Part shown: positions 32,647 through 42,292 of the stretch, in pieces | Numbering within the stretch: the first letter of the stretch is position 1 | How the letters are laid out: every line of letters starts with the position of its first letter | Source of the DNA: an uncultured Methanomassiliicoccaceae archaeon | Lineage (GTDB): Archaea > Thermoplasmatota > Thermoplasmata > Methanomassiliicoccales > JACIVX01 | Reading direction: 5' to 3' | NCBI GenBank assembly: GCA_964544915.1 | Contig: CAZJDY010000017.1 | Coordinates: 6,906-70,905, forward strand | Length of the DNA: 64,000 nt | The notes under the pieces: generated by a model | What the model was told of the DNA's origin: nothing | The model's database searches: none | Seen by the model: the letters and a program-made list of their open reading frames with translations, nothing else | Program-made: the position numbers and the translations under genes

Positions 32647-33126
32647 ATGGCAGAGACTATTGAAGTTCTTGTTGAAGGTGGAAAGGCCACACCAGGCCCT
32701 CCCCTGGGTCCCGCATTGGGTCCTCTGGGAGTGAACGTCATCCAGATAGTGAACGCGATAAACGAGAAGACGAAGAGCTTCGAGGGGATGAAGGTCCCGG
32801 TGAAGGTCACTATCGATCCCAAGACGAAGGGGTTCGACATCAGGGTAGGCACGCCTCCGACATCCGCGCTCGTTCTGAAGGAGATCGGCGCTGAGAGGGG
32901 ATCGGGTGCCACGAAGACCACCAAGGCGGGCAACATCACTATCGACCAGGCAATCAAGATCGCGAACATGAAGGAGGACTCCCTTCTCGGCAAGACTCTG
33001 AAGAAGAGGGTGTTGGAGATCATAGGGGCCTGCGTCTCGATCGGAGTGGCGGTCGAGGGTCGCGAACCGAAGGACGTCCAGAAGGACATAATTGCCGGGA
33101 AGTTCGACGATAAGTTGACTAAGTGA
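32647..33126 (+). CDS. rpl11: 50S ribosomal protein L11
   Basis: GGKATPGPPLGPALGPLG motif. Confidence 0.97.
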   Translation: MAETIEVLVEGGKATPGPPLGPALGPLGVNVIQIVNAINEKTKSFEGMKVPVKVTIDPKTKGFDIRVGTPPTSALVLKEIGAERGSGATKTTKAGNITIDQAIKIANMKEDSLLGKTLKKRVLEIIGACVSIGVAVEGREPKDVQKDIIAGKFDDKLTK

Positions 33127-33173
33127 GTCCCACAAAGCTTATAAATAGAAGGGGTGTTTAAGGGACTCCGCCG

Positions 33174-33209
33174 CTGTAGGAGAGCACAGCTCGTCAGCAC
33201 TACAGGAGG
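33174..33209 (+). promoter_or_regulatory. Candidate ribosomal protein L1-binding leader overlapping the rpl1 RBS
   Basis: CTGTAG-GA-GAGC-ACA-GCTC-GTCAGCA-CTACAG forms two helices around an asymmetric loop, as in L1 targets; GGAGG abuts the 3' arm. Confidence 0.6.
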
Positions 33210-33216
33210 AATTAGA

Positions 33217-33855
33217 TTGGCAGAGAAGGCGACAATACAAGCCGTCAAGAAGGCGCTCGAGAAGGCGAAGAAACGCAACTTCAAGGAGACGGTTGACTTA
33301 TCAATCAATTTGAAGGATATCGATCTTTCCGTCCCTAAGAACAGAATCCAGGACGATATCATTTTGCCGTACGGACGCGGGAGGAACGTCAGGATCTGCG
33401 TGATCGGGGGCAGCGAACTCACCCAGAAGGCGAAGGCTATCGCCGACAGGGTCGTGACCCCTGAGGAACTTGCGACCATCGCGGACGACAAGAAGGAGGC
33501 GAAGAAAGTAGCGGCTCAGTTCGACTACTTCATCGCCGAGGCTCCCCTCATGCCCACCATCGGTAAGAGGCTGGGTGTCGTGCTGGCACCGCGCGGAAAG
33601 ATGCCAAAACCCATACCGCCAGGAGCGGATCCGAAATCGATGATCGAGAACATGCGCAAGACGATCACGGTCAGGAGCAGGGACAAGAGAACATTCCATG
33701 CGACGGTCGGTTCTGCCGACATGCCTGTCGAGCAGATAGCGGAGAACGTGGATTCCATCATCAAGAGGGTGGCTTCCAAGATGGAAAGGGGAATGATGAA
33801 CATCGCCTCGGTCTACGTGAAGACGACGATGGGCCCCTCTGAGAGGGTGAAGTAG
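33217..33855 (+). CDS. rpl1: 50S ribosomal protein L1
   Basis: KRNFKETVDL, LAPRGKMP and KTTMGP motifs; TTG start after GGAGG. Confidence 0.96.
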   Translation: MAEKATIQAVKKALEKAKKRNFKETVDLSINLKDIDLSVPKNRIQDDIILPYGRGRNVRICVIGGSELTQKAKAIADRVVTPEELATIADDKKEAKKVAAQFDYFIAEAPLMPTIGKRLGVVLAPRGKMPKPIPPGADPKSMIENMRKTITVRSRDKRTFHATVGSADMPVEQIAENVDSIIKRVASKMERGMMNIASVYVKTTMGPSERVK

Positions 33856-33865
33856 GAGGGTCGAT

Positions 33866-34864
33866 ATGGCACACGTCGCGCAGTGGAAGAAAGAAAAGGT
33901 CGGCGAGCTCGCCGAGATAATGAGGAAGAGCCCCGTCGTGGCGGTCGTTGACATTCGCGGCATTCCCGCCCCTCAAATGCAGCAGATGAGGCTGAGGCTT
34001 AGAGGGAAGGCCGTGATGATTATGACTAGGAACACCCTCATGAGCATCGCAATCGACGAGGCGGCGAAGGAGAAGCCCGGCCTCGACTCACTCAAGGGCA
34101 TCGTCGGCGGTCAGTGCGCGGTCATCGCCACCACGATGAACCCGTTCAAGCTCTTCAACGAAATGGAGAAGACGAAAACGAAGGCCGCAGCGAAGCCGGG
34201 GGACATCGCTCCCGAGGACATCGAGATCAGGGAGGGCGAGACGCCTTTCAAACCTGGACCGATCGTCGGGGAGCTTCAGAAGGCTGGCATCCCAGCAGGC
34301 ATCGAGAGCGGCAAGGTCGTGTTCAAGAAGGATAAGGTCCTCGTGAAGAAGGGCGACAAGATTCCCGACGAAATAGCCAAGATCCTGCCGCGGCTCGAGA
34401 TATTCCCGATGACCGTCGGTCTGGACCTCAAGGCGGCGTACGAGGACGGCATCGTATTCAAGCGGGAATTGCTACAGATCCCGCCAGATTACTTTGCATC
34501 GATGTTGGCAACGGCGGCGAGGAATGCGATGAGCCTCGGCGTCTCGATAGTATACGCGACGCCGCAGACGATCGCACCGCTCCTGGGAAAGGCATATCGC
34601 GAAGCATCTGTGCTCAGCGTTGCGGCAGCATTCCCGACGAAAGACAACATCAAGGCGCTCTTGGCAAAGGCGGACGCCAGCATGTTTGCCCTCGCTTCCC
34701 GCATGCCGGGATTCGAGGACGACAGGCTCAAGCAGAGATTGACCGCAGCGCCGGCACCACAGCAAGCTGTGGCGCATAAGACAGAGGACAGCAAGGAGAA
34801 GAAGGAAGAGAAGGAGGTCAGCGAGGAAGAAGCCGCCGCCGGCCTCAGTGCTCTATTCGGATGA
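33866..34864 (+). CDS. rpl10: 50S ribosomal protein L10/P0
   Basis: [17 protein letters not shown] and the acidic [13 protein letters not shown] tail. Confidence 0.96.
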   Translation: MAHVAQWKKEKVGELAEIMRKSPVVAVVDIRGIPAPQMQQMRLRLRGKAVMIMTRNTLMSIAIDEAAKEKPGLDSLKGIVGGQCAVIATTMNPFKLFNEMEKTKTKAAAKPGDIAPEDIEIREGETPFKPGPIVGELQKAGIPAGIESGKVVFKKDKVLVKKGDKIPDEIAKILPRLEIFPMTVGLDLKAAYEDGIVFKRELLQIPPDYFASMLATAARNAMSLGVSIVYATPQTIAPLLGKAYREASVLSVAAAFPTKDNIKALLAKADASMFALASRMPGFEDDRLKQRLTAAPAPQQAVAHKTEDSKEKKEEKEVSEEEAAAGLSALFG

Positions 34865-34880
34865 AAAAGGAGGTAGAAGA

Positions 34881-35195
34881 ATGGAATACATATACAGCGC
34901 ATTGGTTCTTCATGCCGCTGGAAAGCAGGTAACGGAGGATTCTATTGCCGGAATCCTTAAGAGCGCGGGCATCGAGCCCGACGTCGCGAGGATAAAGGCT
35001 TTGACCGCCTCCCTCGAGGGAGTCAACATCGACGAGGCGATCAAGAGCGCGGCAGTAGCAGCCTTCGCCCCAGCCGCAGCAGCAGCTGCGCCAGCCGGAG
35101 AGCCGAAGAAGGAAGAGAAGAAGGAAGAAAAGAAGAAAGAAGAGGCAGTCTCTGAGGAAGAGGCCGCTGCAGGCCTTAGCGCTCTGTTCGGCTGA
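34881..35195 (+). CDS. rpl12: 50S ribosomal protein L12/P1
   Basis: [11 protein letters not shown] and the [13 protein letters not shown] tail; ATG at 34881. Confidence 0.96.
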   Translation: MEYIYSALVLHAAGKQVTEDSIAGILKSAGIEPDVARIKALTASLEGVNIDEAIKSAAVAAFAPAAAAAAPAGEPKKEEKKEEKKKEEAVSEEEAAAGLSALFG

Positions 35196-35219
35196 AGCCG
35201 AGGCTGAGGCGCAATCCTC

Positions 35220-35246
35220 TCGCCTTGTCTCTAGCAACAGAGGCGA
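35220..35246. terminator. Hairpin between convergent rpl12 and a hypothetical gene
   Basis: TCGCCT-TGT...ACA-G-AGGCGA stem. Confidence 0.3.
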
Positions 35247-35268
35247 AGGGGTGGTAGCAGGTCACGCA

Positions 35269-35610
35269 CTACATCTTCTCAATGACCTGCGAAACCTCTT
35301 TCTCGAGCAGAGAGGCGATGTCCTTCCCGAGCTTTTCTCTCAAGTCCTTCGGAATCATGCTGAGGCCGAGTTCCGCCCCGCACTTCGTCAACTTCAGTAG
35401 TGCATAGGTCTCGTTCATCTTCGCGGAGATGAACTCGCCCACCGCTTGCTTGATCTCTTGCTTGAGTTCCGGATTCTCATCAAGTTTCTGGCGGACGTAC
35501 CTCTTAATCTCGTCCTTGACAAGGTCTCTGAGGGCTTCCACCAGCAGGTCCTCGGAATGAATGACGCCCAGCTGGCTCCTCAATAGCGATGCGATGTTCT
35601 CTTCGGGCAT
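35269..35610 (-). CDS. Hypothetical helical protein (~113 aa)
   Basis: Protein-like composition from MPEENIA; the longer upstream extension in the ORF track looks non-coding. Confidence 0.7.
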   Translation of the reverse strand: MPEENIASLLRSQLGVIHSEDLLVEALRDLVKDEIKRYVRQKLDENPELKQEIKQAVGEFISAKMNETYALLKLTKCGAELGLSMIPKDLREKLGKDIASLLEKEVSQVIEKM

Positions 35611-35792
35611 GTTAAGCAAAGAAAACATGTTGTGCCGCATATAACTATTCTTCAGGACTCGGGTCCTTTCAGTTCCTCGATGCTTGCACCACATCGATCT
35701 CAGTTCACCTTCGGTGAGTATCACTGGATGACCCAAACCCTTCCTTGCAAAGAAACATTAAATAACCACACGGACTACTTTGCCCGATTACA

Positions 35793-36746
35793 ATGAAATT
35801 GAAGGACCTCTACAGGATGGCTGTCGAGACTGGCATCGAGGCGGACCCTAGAACGGCTGAAGAGATCGAGGCCGAACTCAAGCGCGCCGGGGAGAAGATG
35901 AACAAGCTTGAAGAGCGGGAAAAGAAATGGTTCGACCCGGACACGCTGTGGAACCCGTACGCAGACACCAGGATTCTTTGCGGAGACCCAGATACTGAAA
36001 TAAGAAACGTGCTCTGGGGCATCGACGTCACGCCCGCCGAGGCCCTTCTCGCAGATCGATTGAAGGAAAAGGGCGCGACAATCGACACGATCATAAGCCA
36101 CCATCCGAGGGGAAAGGCGGCGGCGAACTTCTACGACGTCATGCATGTCCAGGAGTACATGCTGCAGAGGTTCGGCGTCCCGATAACAGTTGCCGAGGAC
36201 ATCCTTTCCCCGAGGATCAAAGAGGTCCAGCGCGGGGTGCACCCTCAGAACTTCAACCAGACAGTGGATGCGTGCAGACTGCTTGACATACCTCTCATGT
36301 GCGTCCACTCTCCGACCGATAATCTCGTCCAGAAGTTCCTCCAAGACCTGATGGATTCGAAGAAGCCGGAGAGGGTGAAGGATGCCATGGACATCCTCTC
36401 TGACATACCGGAATACGACTTCGCTCTCAGGCACAACGCAGGACCGGAGCTATTCGTCGGAGATAAGAACAGGAGGGCCGGCAAGATTGCGGTCAAGATG
36501 ACCGGGGGCACCGCCGGGCCGAAAGAGATGTACGAGCAGTTGGTGCAAGTCGGCGTCGGAACGGTGATCTGCATGCACATCCCGGAGAACCACATCGAAG
36601 AGGCGAAGAAGTACCACATCAATGTGGTAATATCGGGCCATATGGCGTCCGACTCCCTCGGCATGAACATATTGGCGGACAGACTCGAGAAGGAAGGAAT
36701 GACAATCACTCCGTTCTCGGGGTACATAAGGGTGAAGAGAAGTTGA
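35793..36746 (+). CDS. NIF3/NGG1p-interacting-factor-like dinuclear metal protein
   Basis: SHHPRG, HSPTDN, ISGHMASDSLG motifs. Confidence 0.8.
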   Translation: MKLKDLYRMAVETGIEADPRTAEEIEAELKRAGEKMNKLEEREKKWFDPDTLWNPYADTRILCGDPDTEIRNVLWGIDVTPAEALLADRLKEKGATIDTIISHHPRGKAAANFYDVMHVQEYMLQRFGVPITVAEDILSPRIKEVQRGVHPQNFNQTVDACRLLDIPLMCVHSPTDNLVQKFLQDLMDSKKPERVKDAMDILSDIPEYDFALRHNAGPELFVGDKNRRAGKIAVKMTGGTAGPKEMYEQLVQVGVGTVICMHIPENHIEEAKKYHINVVISGHMASDSLGMNILADRLEKEGMTITPFSGYIRVKRS

Positions 36747-37921
36747 GAATGATACCTCAGCCCGGCGTACAGTCGAAGATATTCAAGGACGTATCCAAAT
36801 TATCTTTCGACTACGTCCCAGAGAAGCTCGTCCACAGAGAGAAGCAGATGGAAAGGCTTTGGATGCTGTTTCGGCCCGTACTTGAGAGCGGCGCGTCCCA
36901 GACCGCGTTCCTCATCGGCAGCGTTGGTACCGGGAAGACCGCATTGTCAAAACGCTTTTGCCTCGACCTCGTCAAGGCCGCGCAGGAGAGAAAACGGGCA
37001 ATCGACTTCATCGTCGTGAACTGCCGCCAGAGGAACACCGAGACGAGCGTTCTGCTGAGGCTGGTGTGCCACTTCGACGAGGGGTACCCAGATAGGGGAT
37101 TCTCATCGGCGGAGATGCTCAGCTCGTTGCGCAAGCATCTGGAGAAGAGGAAGCTGCACCTCGTGATCGTCCTCGACGAGGCGGATGTCCTTCTGAAGAA
37201 AGGCGCCGGCGACCTAATCTACCACCTCTCGAGGTTTGACGAGGAGAAGGTCGGAGGACGCGCTTCGATTTCCTTGATTCTTATATCCCAGAAGTATGTG
37301 CTCGACATGCTCGACCCCGCCTCCCTGTCGACCTTCAGGCGGGCGAACGCGATCCCCTTCGACAAGTACACATGCGAAGAACTGAGAGACATCATCAACA
37401 GCAGGATCGGGCTCGCATTCTATCCGAACATCGTCAGGAGCGACTCGGTGGAGCTGATGGCCGACATATCCGACGACTGGGGCGATGCGCGGTTCGCCAT
37501 AGAACTCCTTGAGAGGTCCGGCATGCTCGCAGAGGAAGAGAGAATGGACAGCTTGATGCCGGAGCACGTCAGGGCGGCGAAGGCGCTCACATATAGCGTC
37601 GTGACCGAGTCGAGAATCGAGGGACTCGACACGCAGAGGAGGCTTGTCCTGCTTGCCATAACGAGGGCGATGAAGGACCAGGCGTACGTGACGACAGGGG
37701 AGGTGGAGAAGACCTACGCCGTCGCGACCGAGGAATATGGAGAGAGGCCCAGAGGCCACACACAATTCTGGGCTTACATACAGGACATCTCGAATGAGGG
37801 ACTGATCGAGACGAAGGTGTCAAGCGACGCCGCCGGCGGCAGGACCACCTACATCTCGTTGCCTGACATACCGGCGAAGGTCCTGAGACAGAAGCTGGAA
37901 GAGATACTGAAGGGACGCTGA
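36743..37921 (+). CDS. cdc6: Orc1/Cdc6 replication initiation protein
   Basis: Walker A GSVGTGKT, Walker B LDEAD, GDAR sensor and a C-terminal winged helix. Confidence 0.93.
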   Translation: MRMIPQPGVQSKIFKDVSKLSFDYVPEKLVHREKQMERLWMLFRPVLESGASQTAFLIGSVGTGKTALSKRFCLDLVKAAQERKRAIDFIVVNCRQRNTETSVLLRLVCHFDEGYPDRGFSSAEMLSSLRKHLEKRKLHLVIVLDEADVLLKKGAGDLIYHLSRFDEEKVGGRASISLILISQKYVLDMLDPASLSTFRRANAIPFDKYTCEELRDIINSRIGLAFYPNIVRSDSVELMADISDDWGDARFAIELLERSGMLAEEERMDSLMPEHVRAAKALTYSVVTESRIEGLDTQRRLVLLAITRAMKDQAYVTTGEVEKTYAVATEEYGERPRGHTQFWAYIQDISNEGLIETKVSSDAAGGRTTYISLPDIPAKVLRQKLEEILKGR

Positions 37922-38034
37922 GCTGTCTGGTAATTTTTCTTGGAGGAGTGGCCAGCATGGAGAAACCCTCCTCACCTTCAAGCACAAAAGTAATTTAGTC
38001 CGACGCATGGTTATCAAACGGAGGTATTGGGCAA

Positions 38035-39231
38035 ATGAAAGTGACTCCCTTGCACGACACCCACGTCAGTATGGGCGCAAGGATGACCGAATTCGCCGGG
38101 TGGGAGATGCCGGTCCAATACACGAGCATAACCGAAGAGCATCTCGCTGTAAGGAATGCTGCAGGGATGTTCGACGTATCCCATATGGGCGACATCATAA
38201 TCCGAGGAGAAGGGGCCGAGGACCTGCTCAGGAGGCTTCTGACCAACGACGTGAAGGGGATGCCCCTCGGCCAGGCCATGTATGCTCACATTCTCGATGA
38301 GAAAGGCATGATAATGGACGATACGATAGTGACCCGCGTCCGGGACGGCGAGTACCTCATGGTGCCGAATGCATCCACGACCCCCAAGATCGTCTCATGG
38401 GTGCGCAAGCATGCCACTAGGCAAGAAATCGTCGACGCGAGCGACCGCCTCGCCTGCGTCGCTCTCCAGGGGCCGAAAGCGCGGGAGATCATTCAGAAGA
38501 TGGCCTCCTACGACCTCGCCGCGATGAAGAGGTTCACCGGGGATTTCGTCGACCTATCAATCGAAGGCAACCCGATTCCAGTCATACCTAACGACTTCAG
38601 GCCGCAGGGCTTCCTTACCGAGGTCTTCTCGTTCGAGGTGAAGCCGAGACCGATTAGGCCCGCTAAGACCCACGTCGAGTTCGCAGAGAAGTGCTACATC
38701 TCCCGTACTGGCTACACAGGTGAGGATGGTTTCGAGATCCTGTTGGAGAACGCGTCCGCGAAGGTACTTTGGAACATACTCCTTCACATAGGGAAGGAGC
38801 ATGGCCTGCTTCCAGCAGGGCTCGGGGCGCGGGACACTCTGCGCCTCGAGATGGGCTACCTATTATCGGGCACGGACTTCGACGGCACACAGACATCGCT
38901 GCAGACCGGTCCAGGCTGGGCGATAAAATGGGACCACGACTTCATCGGGCGATCGGCCCTCCTCGAGCAAAAGCAAGGAAGTGACTACCAGAGACTGGTG
39001 GGCATCGAGGTCCTCGACAGGGGAATACCCCGTCACGGCTATCCGATTACGAAGAACGAAAGAGCAATCGGTAAGGTCACCAGCGGAACGATGTCCCCTT
39101 CGCTGAAGAAGGGCGTAGGTCTGGGATACGTCAACCCTCCGCACAACATGACAGGTACGGATGTTCGGATACAGATACGGGACATGAGCGTGCCAGCGAG
39201 AATAATCAAACCGCCGTTCCTCAGGAAGTGA
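38035..39231 (+). CDS. gcvT: Glycine cleavage system aminomethyltransferase T
   Basis: FAGWEMPVQY, FDVSHMG, SRTGYTGEDGFE and GLGARDTLRLE motifs. Confidence 0.95.
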   Translation: MKVTPLHDTHVSMGARMTEFAGWEMPVQYTSITEEHLAVRNAAGMFDVSHMGDIIIRGEGAEDLLRRLLTNDVKGMPLGQAMYAHILDEKGMIMDDTIVTRVRDGEYLMVPNASTTPKIVSWVRKHATRQEIVDASDRLACVALQGPKAREIIQKMASYDLAAMKRFTGDFVDLSIEGNPIPVIPNDFRPQGFLTEVFSFEVKPRPIRPAKTHVEFAEKCYISRTGYTGEDGFEILLENASAKVLWNILLHIGKEHGLLPAGLGARDTLRLEMGYLLSGTDFDGTQTSLQTGPGWAIKWDHDFIGRSALLEQKQGSDYQRLVGIEVLDRGIPRHGYPITKNERAIGKVTSGTMSPSLKKGVGLGYVNPPHNMTGTDVRIQIRDMSVPARIIKPPFLRK

Positions 39232-40325
39232 GGATGAAGATGATGCGACAGTCGTCTCAAGACCGAATGATCAAGAAGACATCCGGGACTCTCCTGGAAC
39301 TCTTACAGATCGACAGCGACAACCGGGCAGACAAATCCGATATCGTCCGATACGTTGTCGGCGAGCTGCGCGAATGCGGAATGGAGGTCAAGATCGTTGG
39401 GAATGAAGACACTCCCGCAATATTTGCCACAAATGGCCCGGGGGGCGTCATATTCTCAGGTCATCTCGACACCGTTCCAATCGGGAGCGGGTGGAAAAGA
39501 AAACAAGGAGAGATCGCGAAAGGGAGAATGTATGGTCGAGGCACGGCGGACATGAAAGGCGCGGTCGCTTCGATGCTCCACGCGGCAGAGACCCTGACCG
39601 AAGACGGCGTCCCATGTTCGCTCATGCTCACGACGGACGAAGAGGAGAAGATGTTGGGTGCTCTCGAGCTCAGCAAGATAGATGCGCTGAAGAAGGCGCC
39701 CGCGATCATCATCTGCGAGCCAACGGGACTGAACGTCGCCTGCAAGGAGAAAGGAGTCTATCGCTTCAGACTGATCACACACGGGAAGGCTGCCCACTCA
39801 AGCCAGAGCTGGCTAGGGGAGAATGCTATTTTGAAGATGCACTCTCTTCTCGGAAGACTGTCAGACCTGGCCAAGATACCGCGAGGTCCCACCGACGGCC
39901 TCACGATGTGCTTTGCCACGATAAAGGGCGGGACGAAGAACAATGTCGTGCCGGACAGGTGCGAAACGGAGATCGATGTAAGGTTCCCTGCGCCCCAGAC
40001 CCCCGATGACATTGCCAATCTCCTGCACAAGAGGCTCGGAGGAGAGGGATACGACATCGAGGTCATCTACGGACTCGATGCTTTCGAAACGGACCCGAAG
40101 TTCTGGGTAGTCGACGAAATCAAGCGCCTCCTGGGCACCAAGGTCATTAGCGTCCCCTACGCGACCGAAGCTCCGAGATACGCGAAGGCGAACAGCTCGA
40201 TTTACGTATGCGGTCCAGGGGAGCCGGAGATGGCCCACGTCGTGGATGAATGCGTAGACATAGGGGAACTAGAGAAGGCATACGAAATGCTCGTCCACCT
40301 TGCCAAAAGGGCGGCTCAGGGATAG
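39228..40325 (+). CDS. M20 family metallopeptidase/deacylase (ArgE/DapE-like)
   Basis: SGHLDTVP, GRGTADMKG, DEE and CGPG...AH motifs. Confidence 0.9.
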   Translation: MRMKMMRQSSQDRMIKKTSGTLLELLQIDSDNRADKSDIVRYVVGELRECGMEVKIVGNEDTPAIFATNGPGGVIFSGHLDTVPIGSGWKRKQGEIAKGRMYGRGTADMKGAVASMLHAAETLTEDGVPCSLMLTTDEEEKMLGALELSKIDALKKAPAIIICEPTGLNVACKEKGVYRFRLITHGKAAHSSQSWLGENAILKMHSLLGRLSDLAKIPRGPTDGLTMCFATIKGGTKNNVVPDRCETEIDVRFPAPQTPDDIANLLHKRLGGEGYDIEVIYGLDAFETDPKFWVVDEIKRLLGTKVISVPYATEAPRYAKANSSIYVCGPGEPEMAHVVDECVDIGELEKAYEMLVHLAKRAAQG

Positions 40326-41614
40326 GTTCTTGCGACGGTGCGGGGGAAAGGAATGACATCCCTTATGTGCTCGAACCCGCAGATCCATCTCACGACTCTT
40401 TCGAGACCGAGTCCGAAACCTGAATGCGGCACGGATCCGTACCTGCGCAGATCCAGATACCATTGGTAGGGCTCCATCGGGATGCCTTGGGCCTCCAGTC
40501 TCTCGATGAGCTTGTTCAGGTCCGTCTCCCTCTCGCTACCCCCGATGATCTCGCCGTAGCCTTCCGGGGCAAGGAGATCGGCACACTTGTATGTCTTGGG
40601 ATCCTCAGGATCCTCCTTCATGTAGAACGCCTTGCACTCCTTCGGATAGCTCGTGACGAAAACCGGGGCGGTCTCGCTCGCGGTCATTGCCCTCTCTTCC
40701 GGCGCGCCGAGATCGCAACCATACTCGACCTCGAAACCCTCGGACTTGAGCTGGTCTATTACCTGGGAGTACTTCAACCGCTTGAACGGAGGGGCCACGG
40801 ACTTCAGGGGCTCGATGTTCCTCCTCAGAAGCTCGAGCTCCTCCTTCCTGTCGCTGAGGACCCTCTCCACCATCGCCGTCACGAGCTGTTCCTGGAGCTC
40901 CATGTTGCCCTCGTTCTCCACCCAGGCCTCCTCAAGCTCCAGATGCCAGTACTCGGTCAGGTGCCTCTGCGTTCTGGACTTCTCGGCCCTGAAGGACGGC
41001 GTCAGGGAATAGACCCTCGCCAGTGCGAAGATTAGCGCCTCGAGGTACATCTGAGCGCTCTGGCTCAGATATGCTTCCCTGCCGAAGTAGTCCAACTTGA
41101 AAAGCGTCACGCCGCCCTCGCACGCGTTGGTGGTGAAAATCGGCGGTGTCACCTCGATGAAGTCGTTGTTCTTCAGCCAGTCTCTCGCCCCCTCCGTGGC
41201 GGTCGCCTTTATCTTCATCACAGCGTTCTGCTCGCGGGACCTGATCCAGAGGTGCCTGTTGTCGAGAAGGAGTTCCTCGCTCTGATACTCGGTGATCGGG
41301 AACGGGGCGGCGATCCCGACAATCTTGAAACCGCTGGCGCGTATCTCGTATCCGCCCGGCGCGCGCTCGTCCTCGTGCACCGTGCCAGTGACTATGACAG
41401 AGGATTCGATGGACGCCGCGACCGCGCTCTCGAAGTCCGCGTCGGGAAGGTTTCCTTTCTTGACCGTCACCTGGATAACGCCGGATGAGTCGCGCATCAC
41501 GGAGAACACGATCGACCCGCTGCTTCGCGTTCGGTAGACCCAACCTCTAACGGTGACTTCCTCTCCAGTCGGAGGTGAGGTAAATATGCTCTTTATCTGC
41601 ACTGGAGACCTCAT
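40316..41614 (-). CDS. asnS: Asparagine--tRNA ligase
   Basis: YLSQSAQMYLE, FRAEKSRTQRHLTEYW, EIIGGSERE and PHSGFGLGLER motifs. Confidence 0.92.
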   Translation of the reverse strand: MRSPVQIKSIFTSPPTGEEVTVRGWVYRTRSSGSIVFSVMRDSSGVIQVTVKKGNLPDADFESAVAASIESSVIVTGTVHEDERAPGGYEIRASGFKIVGIAAPFPITEYQSEELLLDNRHLWIRSREQNAVMKIKATATEGARDWLKNNDFIEVTPPIFTTNACEGGVTLFKLDYFGREAYLSQSAQMYLEALIFALARVYSLTPSFRAEKSRTQRHLTEYWHLELEEAWVENEGNMELQEQLVTAMVERVLSDRKEELELLRRNIEPLKSVAPPFKRLKYSQVIDQLKSEGFEVEYGCDLGAPEERAMTASETAPVFVTSYPKECKAFYMKEDPEDPKTYKCADLLAPEGYGEIIGGSERETDLNKLIERLEAQGIPMEPYQWYLDLRRYGSVPHSGFGLGLERVVRWICGFEHIRDVIPFPRTVARTYP

Positions 41615-41743
41615 CAGGTGCAACGAACTGCATTCAACTATATTTTCTTTCGGTGCGCATCGCCAACCACTGCTGGACGTTGCCGATGCAGAACTGATGT
41701 CTGCCGCAACAGTGATTTATCGCAGCTGAGCTATTCGCTGGTC

Positions 41744-42202
41744 GTGAAACTGAGAACGGCGTCCGCCTCGGACCTGGTGAGCATCGAGAGGATCGAGAAG
41801 AGGTCCTTCGAGAAGGAGAGGTACCAGACCGAGGTGTTAAGGTTGCTCCTGACCGGCGAGGACTTCGTGACGGTTGTGGCCGAGGAGAACGATGTGGTCA
41901 TCGGATACGCAACCGTCTTCTGCAGAAAGGGTTGTCACTCTGCGAGAATCGTTTCCATAGCCGTGTTGCCGGACCTCAGAGGGCGTGGGATCGCCGAGGA
42001 GCTCCTTGCACGCATCGAGGAACTTGCGAATGCAGCGTCCGCCGAGAGGCTCGTCCTCGAGGTCGCGCGGGCAAACGTTCCGGCCACTAACCTTTACCTC
42101 AAGCGTGGATTCGTGATCATGTGCGAACTTCCAGATTACTACGGGCCGAAGAAGGACGCGTTCTATATGGAGATGGTACTGAAGGAGGGGGGGCGAGAGT
42201 AG
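41744..42202 (+). CDS. GNAT N-acetyltransferase (RimI-like)
   Basis: IAVLPDLRGRGIA, LEV...N..A..LY..RGF and DYY motifs; start position uncertain. Confidence 0.88.
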   Translation: MKLRTASASDLVSIERIEKRSFEKERYQTEVLRLLLTGEDFVTVVAEENDVVIGYATVFCRKGCHSARIVSIAVLPDLRGRGIAEELLARIEELANAASAERLVLEVARANVPATNLYLKRGFVIMCELPDYYGPKKDAFYMEMVLKEGGRE

Positions 42203-42292
42203 CGCACATGGCAATAGTAAACGAGGACCCCTCAAGTGAAGGTATTTCTTATTAAATCCCGGAACGATATATGGCCCGAAGGGGGAGGGTTG

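Noticed and set aside
35740-38035. Replication origin (ORB elements) near cdc6
   Set aside because: Flanking intergenic regions are short, and no repeated ORB-like GTTCCAGTGGAAAC/G-string motifs were seen.
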